DNA of 64,000 bases from a virus. Numbering within the stretch: position 1 is the stretch's first letter; the number at the start of each line of letters is the position of its first letter. Location: positions 1-64,000 of IMG/VR virus record IMGVR_UViG_3300027747_000004. One strand, given 5' to 3'. The position numbers and the translations under genes were made by a program. The notes beneath the pieces were generated by a model. The model was not told the origin of the DNA, did not search any database, and saw only the letters and a list, made by a program, of their open reading frames with translations. Shown here piece by piece: positions 49,558 to 58,746 of the stretch.

Positions 49558-50526
49558 ATGGTTACAAATACCGAAAAAGATGATGTTTTGCACGTGCAGG
49601 AAGGCCAAGACGGCACCGCCACGGTAGAACTGCCTGAGGGCATCCTGCCCCAAGACGACAACAACGACGATAAAACGCCCAATAACGCCCAATCCGACGA
49701 CGGAAGCGATGACGACCACCCGGACGACAGCGACGCGGTGCGCGCAGCACGCCGCGCACGCCGCCGGTCCAAGAAAGACCTCATCCGCAAGACCAACGAA
49801 GAGAAGGATATTCGCCTGCAGGCCATCCAACGCGAGAACGAGGAGCTGCGAAACCGGCTTTCGCGCGTGGAACAGAAGACTCAGGCTTACGACGTGGGCC
49901 GAATTGAGAAGGCAATTGAGGACCAGCAGGTGCGCATGGAGTATGCGCGCATGAAATTGGCCGAGGCAACCGGTTCTGGTGACGGCGACGGCGCTGTAAA
50001 GGCGCAGGAACTGCTTTACGAGGCCCGAGACAGCCTTCGGCAGCTCGATGCCCTGCGCAGGCAGGCAAATCAGCCCGCGCAACCCGCGGCTCCGGCCGTA
50101 GATTACACCGTGCAACGCCACGCGACCACCTGGATTGAGCGAAACTCATGGTACAAACCCGATTTATCGGATACTGACAGCAAAATCGCAAAAGTAATCG
50201 ACGAAGACCTCGTAAAAGAGGGCTGGAACCCCGGAACTGACGATTATTGGGACGAATTAGACTCCCGCTTGCAAAAAAGATTGCCGCATCGCTATAATGA
50301 TTCGTCAGATAAACGTGATACCGACCGACGAACACCAAGGAACACCGTGGGAAGCTCAGGACGTGAAGCATCAGCCGCATACGGGGGCACAAACCGCACC
50401 TTTACCCTCACCGCTGAACAAGTGCGTGCGATGAAGGACGCGGGTATGTGGGATAACCCCGAAAAACGCGCAAAGATGATCAAACGATACGCAGCAGAAT
50501 CCCGTAACAATTCCCGGAGTAACTAA
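49558..50526 (+). CDS. capsid scaffolding protein
   Basis: acidic N-terminus, coiled coil, 'W...NSWY', C-terminal 'LTAEQV..M...G' before the capsid genes. Confidence 0.7.
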   Translation: MVTNTEKDDVLHVQEGQDGTATVELPEGILPQDDNNDDKTPNNAQSDDGSDDDHPDDSDAVRAARRARRRSKKDLIRKTNEEKDIRLQAIQRENEELRNRLSRVEQKTQAYDVGRIEKAIEDQQVRMEYARMKLAEATGSGDGDGAVKAQELLYEARDSLRQLDALRRQANQPAQPAAPAVDYTVQRHATTWIERNSWYKPDLSDTDSKIAKVIDEDLVKEGWNPGTDDYWDELDSRLQKRLPHRYNDSSDKRDTDRRTPRNTVGSSGREASAAYGGTNRTFTLTAEQVRAMKDAGMWDNPEKRAKMIKRYAAESRNNSRSN

Positions 50527-50528
50527 TC

Positions 50529-51077
50529 ATGACCGAATCACGTCTCAAAAAATCTCTCAATGCTGGTGGACGCCAAGATCGCGCAAGCGAGGACGCAACC
50601 CGCGCAGCACCCGAAGATAAGTTCATTTCAACGCAGGAACGTCGCAAGATGTGGAGCGAAGAGTGGACGCAATCAGCACTGCCCAAACTGCCCACATTTG
50701 ACGGGTGGCATCTTTGCTGGCTTTCAACATCCAACAGCTACGACTCCATTGATAAGCGGATTCGCCTAGGGTACGTTCCAGTTAAATCTGAAGAGTTACC
50801 GGGTTATGAAGACTATCGTGTAAAGGCCGGCGAGCATGTTGGTTACATTTCCTGTAACGAGATGTTGCTGTTCAAGTTACCCATGGACGTTTACCAAGAG
50901 ATCATGATGCACATGCACCACGATCAACCCATCGAAGAGGCGGAGAAAATTCGCGTCCAGGTGGAACAACTCCAAGGTGCACGCGACAGCAATGGTAAAT
51001 CGTTGGTAGGCGTTGAAGGCGAAGGATTGGGCAATTTTGATAGGCAACCAAACAAACTACCGGTATTTGCCGGTTAA
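50529..51077 (+). CDS. conserved head-module protein
   Basis: GGAG RBS; 'GWHLCW...RLGYVPV...LLFKLP'. Confidence 0.65.
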   Translation: MTESRLKKSLNAGGRQDRASEDATRAAPEDKFISTQERRKMWSEEWTQSALPKLPTFDGWHLCWLSTSNSYDSIDKRIRLGYVPVKSEELPGYEDYRVKAGEHVGYISCNEMLLFKLPMDVYQEIMMHMHHDQPIEEAEKIRVQVEQLQGARDSNGKSLVGVEGEGLGNFDRQPNKLPVFAG

Positions 51078-51090
51078 CTAAGGAGTTAAT

Positions 51091-51690
51091 ATGAGTGCTA
51101 CCTCTGCTCCGTTTGGCCTTCGCCCCGCGTTTCACCCTTCGGGTCTGGATCGCGCACAAGCGCTGGCTGGCGGTATTACATCGGGTTATGCAACCCAAAT
51201 CTTGAAGGGCCAACCCGTTGCCTACTCGGCTTCGGCAGGTGTCATCGTTCCCCTCACTACCGCCCCTGCTGCTGGCTCTGCCGTAGCCTGGTCCGGTGCC
51301 TTTGCTGGCGTTGAGTGGACCGATACCACCGGTCGTCGTCGCGTGTCCAACTACTGGCCCGCAAGCACCGCGTACCAAACTGGTTCGTGCGTCGCTTATT
51401 TCTACAACGACAACAACATCGTTTACGAAATCCAAGCAGACGGTTCGATGGCTCAAACCACAATTGGTAACGAGTACAACTTCACCAATACCACCTCTGG
51501 TTCTTCCACAACCGGTCTGTCGCAATGCACTTTGGGTGCTTCGACTGCTGCTGGTAACGGTACCCAAGGCCAAATGCGCGTGGTTGATCTTAGTCAAGCG
51601 GTGGATAACGCGTGGGGCGACGCCTACACCGTTGTTCGTGTCGTTAACGCGCAGTCGCAGTTCTTCGGCGCTTTCACTGCTATCGCATAA
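51091..51690 (+). CDS. minor capsid / decoration protein
   Basis: 'APFGLRP', 'GAFAGVEWTD', 'VYEIQAD'; directly upstream of the MCP. Confidence 0.65.
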   Translation: MSATSAPFGLRPAFHPSGLDRAQALAGGITSGYATQILKGQPVAYSASAGVIVPLTTAPAAGSAVAWSGAFAGVEWTDTTGRRRVSNYWPASTAYQTGSCVAYFYNDNNIVYEIQADGSMAQTTIGNEYNFTNTTSGSSTTGLSQCTLGASTAAGNGTQGQMRVVDLSQAVDNAWGDAYTVVRVVNAQSQFFGAFTAIA

Positions 51691-51702
51691 GGAGAATAAA
51701 TA

Positions 51703-52617
51703 ATGGCTGCACCAATGAGAAGTACGGACTTTCGTTCAATCGTCGAACCGATTTTGAACGAATGCTTCGACGGCGTTTACGACCAACGCGCTGATGAATG
51801 GTCTCGTGTCTTCCGCGAGGAAGACGGTATCCCCCGCAACTACCACGAAGAACCCGTCCTTTACGGTTTCGGCGCGGCACCCCAACTGCCTGACGGCACC
51901 CCGGTGACGTACCAACAAGGTGGCGTGTTGTTCCTGAAGCGCTATGTCTACAAGGTCTACGGTCTGGCTTTTGCCTTGACCAAGGTCCTGGTGGAAGACG
52001 GCGACCACATCCGCTTGGGCCAAGTGTACGCACGTCATTTGGCACAGTCGCTAGTGGAGACCAAGGAACTGCTGTCCGCTAACGTCTTGAACGTGGCATT
52101 CAACAGCTCCTACCCCGGTGGCGACGGCGTGCCTTTGATCAGCACCGCCCACCCCATCGTGAACGGTACCTTCAGCAACCAGTTGGCCACCGCCGCTGTT
52201 CTGTCCCAGACATCTCTTGAGCAGATGCTGATCCAGATCCGCCAGGCAGTGGACAACAACGGCAAACGTATCCGCTTGGTGCCACGTCAGTTGGTCGTTG
52301 CCCCCGGCAACGTGTTCCAAGCTGAGGTGCTGCTGAAGTCGGTCCTGCGCACCGGCAACGCCAACAACGACATCAACCCGGTGAAATCCATCGGCTTGTT
52401 GGATGAGGGCGCTGCCGTTCTGTCTCGCTTGACCAGCGCCAACGCATGGTGGGTCCAGACCGATGCACCCGAGGGCTTCAAGCTCTTGATGCGTCGTCGT
52501 CTGGAAAAGACCATGGAAGGCGACTTCGAGACCGACTCGATGCGCTACAAGGCTACCGAGCGTTATGATGTGGGCTTCACTGACCCCCGTTGCGCTTACG
52601 GCACACCTGGTATCTAA
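51703..52617 (+). CDS. major capsid protein (HK97 fold)
   Basis: AAGGAG RBS; 'GDGVPLISTAHP', 'PRQLVVAP', 'DFETDSMRYKATERY..G..DPR..YG'; terminator follows. Confidence 0.88.
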   Translation: MAAPMRSTDFRSIVEPILNECFDGVYDQRADEWSRVFREEDGIPRNYHEEPVLYGFGAAPQLPDGTPVTYQQGGVLFLKRYVYKVYGLAFALTKVLVEDGDHIRLGQVYARHLAQSLVETKELLSANVLNVAFNSSYPGGDGVPLISTAHPIVNGTFSNQLATAAVLSQTSLEQMLIQIRQAVDNNGKRIRLVPRQLVVAPGNVFQAEVLLKSVLRTGNANNDINPVKSIGLLDEGAAVLSRLTSANAWWVQTDAPEGFKLLMRRRLEKTMEGDFETDSMRYKATERYDVGFTDPRCAYGTPGI

Positions 52618-52633
52618 TACCAGCAAAGGCCTT

Positions 52634-52665
52634 GGCGGGGGGCCTTAATCCCCCGCCCCATTTTT
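52634..52665 (+). terminator. rho-independent terminator after the MCP gene
   Basis: GGCGGGGG...CCCCCGCC stem plus T-run. Confidence 0.65.
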
Positions 52666-52696
52666 AACATCGGTCAAACTTTTCAAGGAGCAGACC

Positions 52697-53947
52697 ATGC
52701 CTCAATTCGCAGATGACATCTTTCTGGGCGGTAACAACGGCCAGACCTACATGGGCACCGGCAACTACCCTGCCACGTCCGTATTTACCGGCCGTATTGC
52801 TACGACCACCCTTACCGTATATTCGACCCAGTCCGGTGACCCTTTGGTAGTTGGCCAGTACATTACCGGCTCTAGCGTAACCGCCAACTCCTACATCACC
52901 GCTGACCTCGGACAGGATAGCTCTGGTCGCAATACTTATACCCTGTCTCAGTCATCTACCGTGTCGTCCAACACAACTATGACGGCCGCTGGCAACGCCT
53001 TGCTGGGCGATCCTTCGCCGATGTCTTTGGGCGTTGGTCCTTTGGGCCGCATCTACGTGTTTGACACCGTGCCCCAGACCCTGCAGGCCGCAAACATCGC
53101 TGCATCGCAAACTCAAACTGCTGCAGGCGCGTTGACCCTGACTGCCGGTACCTCGGCTCGATCTGTGACCCGCAGCGATGGCACCACGGTGATTCAGTTG
53201 GACGTTCCTCGTGCAACCAGCGTCACGACCGGTACAGCAACCGGAACGGCTTTGGCTGGCGTGGCCACGACTGGCACCGGCGGCCAGATCTCGTTCACGT
53301 CTAATACCAGCGTGTACACCGGCCAGTACGTGACCGTGTCTGGCACCGCAGGCGGTACCGGTTCGATTACTGGCTACAGCAACCCTACGACCTACATCCT
53401 GTCTGCCGTAACCGCTACTACCGCGACCCTGTTGACCACCGCAAGCGGTGCTGTTGCATCTACCGCGGGTACGATTACTGGCCTGACCTTTACCCTGGGC
53501 GCGGCTCCCCGCGCTATGACGGTTGCGGGCTACGACTACTACGGCCAGGCCATGAGCGAGGTTATCACCAGCAGCTCTTCGGTCAGCACCGCAGTCAGCG
53601 GCAAGAAAGCGTTCTACCAGATCTCTTCTATCACCAGCGCAGGTGCAACCGGAACTGCGGTAACCGCAGGAACCACCGACGTGATTGGTTTGCCAGTCCG
53701 CGTGACGGACGCAGGCTACGTGATCAAGGTGGGCTGGAACAACGCCCTGCTGCAGAATGCTGGTACCTTCACGGCCGCCGACATGACATTGCCAGCTACC
53801 ACTACCACAGGTGACGTGCGCGGCACATTCTTGCCTACCACAGCCTCTGATGGCACCAAGCGTTTGGTCATGTCCATCGCTGTGCCCGGTATCGCAGTCG
53901 GACCCAATGCAACCCGCACTGGTGCCCTTGGTGTAACCCAAGCCTAA
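52697..53947 (+). CDS. virion structural / decoration protein with inserted beta domains
   Basis: AAGGAG RBS; Thr-rich; shares an inserted domain with the nozzle. Confidence 0.65.
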   Translation: MPQFADDIFLGGNNGQTYMGTGNYPATSVFTGRIATTTLTVYSTQSGDPLVVGQYITGSSVTANSYITADLGQDSSGRNTYTLSQSSTVSSNTTMTAAGNALLGDPSPMSLGVGPLGRIYVFDTVPQTLQAANIAASQTQTAAGALTLTAGTSARSVTRSDGTTVIQLDVPRATSVTTGTATGTALAGVATTGTGGQISFTSNTSVYTGQYVTVSGTAGGTGSITGYSNPTTYILSAVTATTATLLTTASGAVASTAGTITGLTFTLGAAPRAMTVAGYDYYGQAMSEVITSSSSVSTAVSGKKAFYQISSITSAGATGTAVTAGTTDVIGLPVRVTDAGYVIKVGWNNALLQNAGTFTAADMTLPATTTTGDVRGTFLPTTASDGTKRLVMSIAVPGIAVGPNATRTGALGVTQA

Positions 53948-53960
53948 GGAGTGAAATACC

Positions 53961-55517
53961 ATGGCAACAAAGAAATCTAGCGGCGGTTTCGCCCAGATGC
54001 CTAAGATGATGACCAATGAGCCCTCGGCCATTCTGAAGCTGAAAAAAGGTGGCCACGTAGCTTCGGCTCACAAGGACGAGCATGGCCACACCAACATGAA
54101 GGGTGATGCCTTCAAGGCCAAGTACGCCATGGACAAGGCAGAAGATGGCGCGGCTCCCAAAAAGCCGTCCATGGCCGAACGTCGCAAAGCGATGTCCGGT
54201 GCCCTGCTTAACTCCAAGAAGGGTGGCAAAGTTGCAAAGCATGAAGATGCCGCGCAGGACCGCGCCATGATCAAGAAGGCCCTGGCAGGCAAGAAGTTTG
54301 CTGCTGGCGGCACCATTAAGGGTAATGCTGGCAAGTTTGCTAAGACCAAAGTCGTTGACGGTGACAAAAAAGACACCGCCAAGGGCACCGGTGTTGTGAA
54401 GATGGGCAAGCCCGCTGGTTACAAAACCGGCGGAACCATTGAAGGCAACGCTGGCAAGTTTGTCAAGACCAAAGTGGTTGGTGGCGACAAGACCGACAAA
54501 GCACACGGTACCAAGGGTATCAAAGAGGGCCAGCCTGCTGGTTTCAAAAAGGGCGGCAAGATTGGTTGGGAAAATCGCCCAGCCGATGATGGCGACCATT
54601 TTGACCCGGCTCATGGTACTGGTGGCGTGCGCGAAGGCAACGCTGGCGGCTACAAAAAAGGCGGTGCTGCAAAAAAGCATTTTGCCACGGGGGGCAGCGT
54701 TAATGATGCTGGCCGCGCCGTGGCAATGCCCCGCAAACCTGTGTCTCGTCCCGTAGCAAACAGCTTGCAATCTGGCACCTTCAAAAAAGGTGGCAAGGTC
54801 AAGAAGTATGCTGATGGCGGTAATGTTAGTGGTGGCATGGGCGGCACGGGTGGTACTACGCCGATGGATTACGCAATATCATCAAACCAATCTGCGTCAG
54901 TGCCGGGCGCACCTATAGGTGCAACTTTTGATGGCCCGGCACCGATGAATCCTTTTGGAGGCATGAATCCCAACATCGGCAAACCCGGCGCAACAATCAT
55001 GCCAACCATGGGAACAACTTCGCCAGTTCCCGCTGACCTGCAACAACAAGGACAGCAAGCGGCAATGCAGAAAGCGGCAATGCAGCAAGCGGCAATGCAG
55101 CAACCACCTATGAGTCAGCAGCAGCTAATGCAGCGTGCCCCAATGGGTGGCTTTGGTGGTATGCGCCCCCCAATGGGCGGAATGCGTCCTCCGATGGGTA
55201 ACATGCGTCCAATGCCGGTTGCCTACAATCCGAACGGCGCTACCAAGCTGTACAAAAAAGGCGGTAAGGTCAAGAAATTCGACATCGGTGGAAGCACTGG
55301 CAACGACATTCAAGATCTGTCCAATGGCGCGTATGCTGGAACCTACAAGAACCAGCGTGATGAAAACGAACGCGACCGAGAAGCCATCTTGGGGGCACCA
55401 GGAAGGGCGTATGATGCTGTCAAACGTCTGCTTGGAGGAAAGCCTGGCGCGGGAGCCGGTCGTGGGATGGTGAACCCGCCTATGGCCAAAAAACGCGGTG
55501 GCGGCGCTAAGTGCTAA
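53961..55517 (+). CDS. basic repeat protein with about 12 xxxGG motifs (putative core polyprotein)
   Basis: LKKGG, SKKGG, FAAGG, YKTGG, FKKGG x2, YKKGG x2, FATGG, YADGG, FDIGG, KKRGG. Confidence 0.75.
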   Translation: MATKKSSGGFAQMPKMMTNEPSAILKLKKGGHVASAHKDEHGHTNMKGDAFKAKYAMDKAEDGAAPKKPSMAERRKAMSGALLNSKKGGKVAKHEDAAQDRAMIKKALAGKKFAAGGTIKGNAGKFAKTKVVDGDKKDTAKGTGVVKMGKPAGYKTGGTIEGNAGKFVKTKVVGGDKTDKAHGTKGIKEGQPAGFKKGGKIGWENRPADDGDHFDPAHGTGGVREGNAGGYKKGGAAKKHFATGGSVNDAGRAVAMPRKPVSRPVANSLQSGTFKKGGKVKKYADGGNVSGGMGGTGGTTPMDYAISSNQSASVPGAPIGATFDGPAPMNPFGGMNPNIGKPGATIMPTMGTTSPVPADLQQQGQQAAMQKAAMQQAAMQQPPMSQQQLMQRAPMGGFGGMRPPMGGMRPPMGNMRPMPVAYNPNGATKLYKKGGKVKKFDIGGSTGNDIQDLSNGAYAGTYKNQRDENERDREAILGAPGRAYDAVKRLLGGKPGAGAGRGMVNPPMAKKRGGGAKC

Positions 55518-55518
55518 C

Positions 55519-55544
55519 AGCAGGGGCTTCGGCCCCTGCTTTTT
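55519..55544 (+). terminator. rho-independent terminator
   Basis: AGCAGGGGC-TTCG-GCCCCTGCT-TTTT. Confidence 0.85.
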
Positions 55545-55561
55545 AATTATTAGGTGAAAAA

Positions 55562-58189
55562 ATGTCCCAACTCGTCGTCTACACAGGCCCCAGCAGCCAA
55601 ACCGATAATCAACTGCGCACACAGACTTCACAGCGTTCGGCTGCATATGACCCTGTGGACAAGTTGCGCACATCCAATCCTCAAGCATTGATTGACACCG
55701 ACTTTGAGTATGGCACCCAGCCAACCAAATGGGAATCAATCGGTCTTCAAAACAATCGTCAAAGCTGCTACTACATTGCGCAGTCCCCACTGACAATCAC
55801 GGGCATCACGGGCGCAAACACCTTGAATGGCGGATTCACGTTAGCAGGCACTTTCAGCTTGACCGCAGGCGACATCATCTACATTCAAAACTCCCTGAAC
55901 ACGGATTGCAATGGTTGGATGTATGTCACCACCACCTCAACAACCAGCGTCAATGTTCAAACAGCAGTAGGTACCACAATCCCTGCAACCAACTTCTACA
56001 ACAGTGCAGGAACTTACGTCTACAAAGGCTACTTTTACTCGTCATGTGGGTTTAACCTGACAGGCACCAGCGCGGTAACTAATGTTGGTACAACGATCAC
56101 GGTAACCACGACAAGCGCGCATGGTTTGAATGCAAACAGCTTGATCTACGTGGTTGGCTTGGGCGGTGGTACACCAGCCCCAAATGGCGCGTATATTGTT
56201 GCTACTGTACCTACAGCAAATACGTTCACCTACATAGTCGCATCAGCGCCTACAGTTGCCATCACCAACACAGCAGGCGCAACCAACATATACGCACGAC
56301 CTGCTGGTTATGTTGAAACTCGATCTTTTGACGGTGGCGTTGCATTCTCTGCTGGCTCTGCTGTTCCAAACCAACAGTTGATCCGCCAAACTCGTCGCTA
56401 CTTCCGTTACCAATCGGGAAAGGGCATCCAGTTTTCTACAGGTTCCTCGTTGAAGCCTTACTTGTTCAACCCATCGTTGAGTGCAAGCGGAACATCTATC
56501 GGCGCAACCATTACGGTCACCACGCAGTTTCCTCATAACCTAACTGCAAACACAGTTGTGACGGTTGCAGGCGTGGATCAAACGGGTTACAACGGCACAT
56601 ACACAATTCTTTCTACGGGCTTGACTGCAACTGCATTTACTTACACTGCAACAACCGCCCCTTCCTCTACAACAGCAACTGGATTGAACATCAAGGTCAG
56701 CCCGTTTAGTTGGTATGGATCAGGCAATCGCATTGGCTTCTTTGATCAACAAAACGGAATGTTTTTTGAGTTTGACGGCCAAGTACTGTATGCAGTGTTA
56801 CGTAGTTCTACAACCCAAATTAATGGCAGGTCAACTGTAACTACGGGTTCTGGAACCATTACAGGAACAGGAACGCAGTTTAGCACGCAACTGAAACCCG
56901 GCGACTATATTGTTATACGCGGTCAGTCGTACAAGGTGATCACAATCACCAGCGACACCTCCATGCAAGTCTCCCCAGAGTACCGAGGTGGCACGATCAG
57001 CCAGGGCGGTGTAATTATTTCTAAGACAATTGATACACGTACGCCACAGTCGCAGTGGTTTGACGTATGTGATGGCACAAGCAGTATCAATAACCCTTCG
57101 GGCTATCTGCTTGATTTGACGCGCATGCAAATGTGGTATATCGATTACTCATGGTATGGCGCTGGCTATGTTCGTTTTGGATTTCGCGGTAAAGACGGTG
57201 CGGTGACCTATGTGCATCAGATCCAAAACAACAACATCAAGTACGAAGCCTACATGCGTTCTGGCAACATGGCAGCGCACTACGAGTCCAACAACCAGTC
57301 GCTGGTGACCTACATTACTGCGTCTGCAGGAACAAGCGATACCACATTGAACGTGGCAAGTACCACAGCATTTGCGCCTACTGGTACTTTAAAAGTGCAA
57401 GCAAGCGGTACGTCTGGTGTAATTGAGTACATGACCTACACAGGCAAGACGGACACCACGTTTACCGGGTTGACTCGTGCAACCACTGGTGGCGCTGCTA
57501 CCGCGCAGTCATTTACTTACTCTGCTACCGCCCCGGTTGCAGTTGAATACGCATCACCTGACACTGCTGCGGCTCTGTCTCACTGGGGTTCTTCGGTCAT
57601 CATGGATGGGCAGTTCAATGATGACAAGTCGCTGATCTTTAACTACGGAACCACGGCGCAGCTTGCTGTTCCTGCGGGGGCAACCGTCCCTATTATTGCG
57701 ATTCGTATTGCACCATCTGTGGACAACGGACAGGTTGGCCTGCTTGGTGTTAAAGAAATTGTCAACCGTATGCAACTGCAATTGGTTGAGTTGGGTATTG
57801 TTTCTGCTGGTACGTTTCTAATTAACTTGGTTTTGAATGGATACTGCACTAGCTTTAGCGGGTCATGGAGTTCACCTACAGTCTCCAATGGGTACACCTC
57901 TTCATTAGCGCAAGTAGCGGTTAACACAACTACTACAGCGTCAATTAGCGGCGGTGAATCAGTTGCTGCAGCGTTCACCAATTCAAGCGGGCAAACTACA
58001 CTAGATTTAAGTGGAGTTCGGGATTTGGGTAACTCTATCCTTGGGGGCGGTACTACCTCTTCGGTTCCAACCGGACAATCGGGGCAGTACCCAGATGGGC
58101 CTGATATTTTGTATGTAGCTGCTACTAATACGGCAGGATCAGCTACAAATATTTTGGCTCGTTTGAGCTGGAAAGAAGCGCAGGCCTAA
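55562..58189 (+). CDS. large virion structural protein (multiple beta-sandwich domains)
   Basis: 875 aa; 'ITVTTTSAHGL...TFTY' repeats; full-length homologue of 1-1790. Confidence 0.75.
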   Translation: MSQLVVYTGPSSQTDNQLRTQTSQRSAAYDPVDKLRTSNPQALIDTDFEYGTQPTKWESIGLQNNRQSCYYIAQSPLTITGITGANTLNGGFTLAGTFSLTAGDIIYIQNSLNTDCNGWMYVTTTSTTSVNVQTAVGTTIPATNFYNSAGTYVYKGYFYSSCGFNLTGTSAVTNVGTTITVTTTSAHGLNANSLIYVVGLGGGTPAPNGAYIVATVPTANTFTYIVASAPTVAITNTAGATNIYARPAGYVETRSFDGGVAFSAGSAVPNQQLIRQTRRYFRYQSGKGIQFSTGSSLKPYLFNPSLSASGTSIGATITVTTQFPHNLTANTVVTVAGVDQTGYNGTYTILSTGLTATAFTYTATTAPSSTTATGLNIKVSPFSWYGSGNRIGFFDQQNGMFFEFDGQVLYAVLRSSTTQINGRSTVTTGSGTITGTGTQFSTQLKPGDYIVIRGQSYKVITITSDTSMQVSPEYRGGTISQGGVIISKTIDTRTPQSQWFDVCDGTSSINNPSGYLLDLTRMQMWYIDYSWYGAGYVRFGFRGKDGAVTYVHQIQNNNIKYEAYMRSGNMAAHYESNNQSLVTYITASAGTSDTTLNVASTTAFAPTGTLKVQASGTSGVIEYMTYTGKTDTTFTGLTRATTGGAATAQSFTYSATAPVAVEYASPDTAAALSHWGSSVIMDGQFNDDKSLIFNYGTTAQLAVPAGATVPIIAIRIAPSVDNGQVGLLGVKEIVNRMQLQLVELGIVSAGTFLINLVLNGYCTSFSGSWSSPTVSNGYTSSLAQVAVNTTTTASISGGESVAAAFTNSSGQTTLDLSGVRDLGNSILGGGTTSSVPTGQSGQYPDGPDILYVAATNTAGSATNILARLSWKEAQA

Positions 58190-58190
58190 T

Positions 58191-58736
58191 ATGCCACTAG
58201 TCAAAAGCAAATCAAAAGAAGCGTTCAGCAAAAACATTTCTGCAGAAATGAAAGCTGGCAAGCCGCAAAAGCAAGCGGTAGCCATTGCCTACTCTGTTAA
58301 GAATGCTGTTGGCAAAAAGTCTGGTGGCTTGTGGGATAACATTCACGCTAAGCAAGAGCGCATTAAAAATGGATCTGGCGAGCGTATGCGCAAGCCCGGC
58401 TCAAAAGGCGCGCCAACCGCTGCCGACTTTAAAGCATCAGCTAAGCCTGCCAAAATGAAAAACGGCGGCGACCCTGTGCTGTCTGTTAGCCGCGGTGAAA
58501 AGTTGCCTACAAGCCAAGGCGCAGGTTTGACGCAAAAAGGACGTGACAAGTTTAACCGCGCAACTGGTAGCAACCTTAAGGCTCCGCAGGCAAAAGGCTC
58601 CAGACATGACTCATTTTGCGCAAGAATGAGTGGCATGCCTGGGCCTATGAAAGATGATAAAGGCCGCCCAACACGCAAAGCCGCGTCGCTAAAACGCTGG
58701 CATTGCGCTACAGGCGGCACAGTTAAAAACTACTAG
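58191..58736 (+). CDS. basic protein with xxxGG motifs; C-terminal part homologous to 2191-2583
   Basis: KKSGG, MKNGG, CATGG; 'NIHAKQERI..GSGE.MRK.GSKGAPTA', 'SFCARM'. Confidence 0.7.
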   Translation: MPLVKSKSKEAFSKNISAEMKAGKPQKQAVAIAYSVKNAVGKKSGGLWDNIHAKQERIKNGSGERMRKPGSKGAPTAADFKASAKPAKMKNGGDPVLSVSRGEKLPTSQGAGLTQKGRDKFNRATGSNLKAPQAKGSRHDSFCARMSGMPGPMKDDKGRPTRKAASLKRWHCATGGTVKNY

Positions 58737-58746
58737 GTAATCCCAC

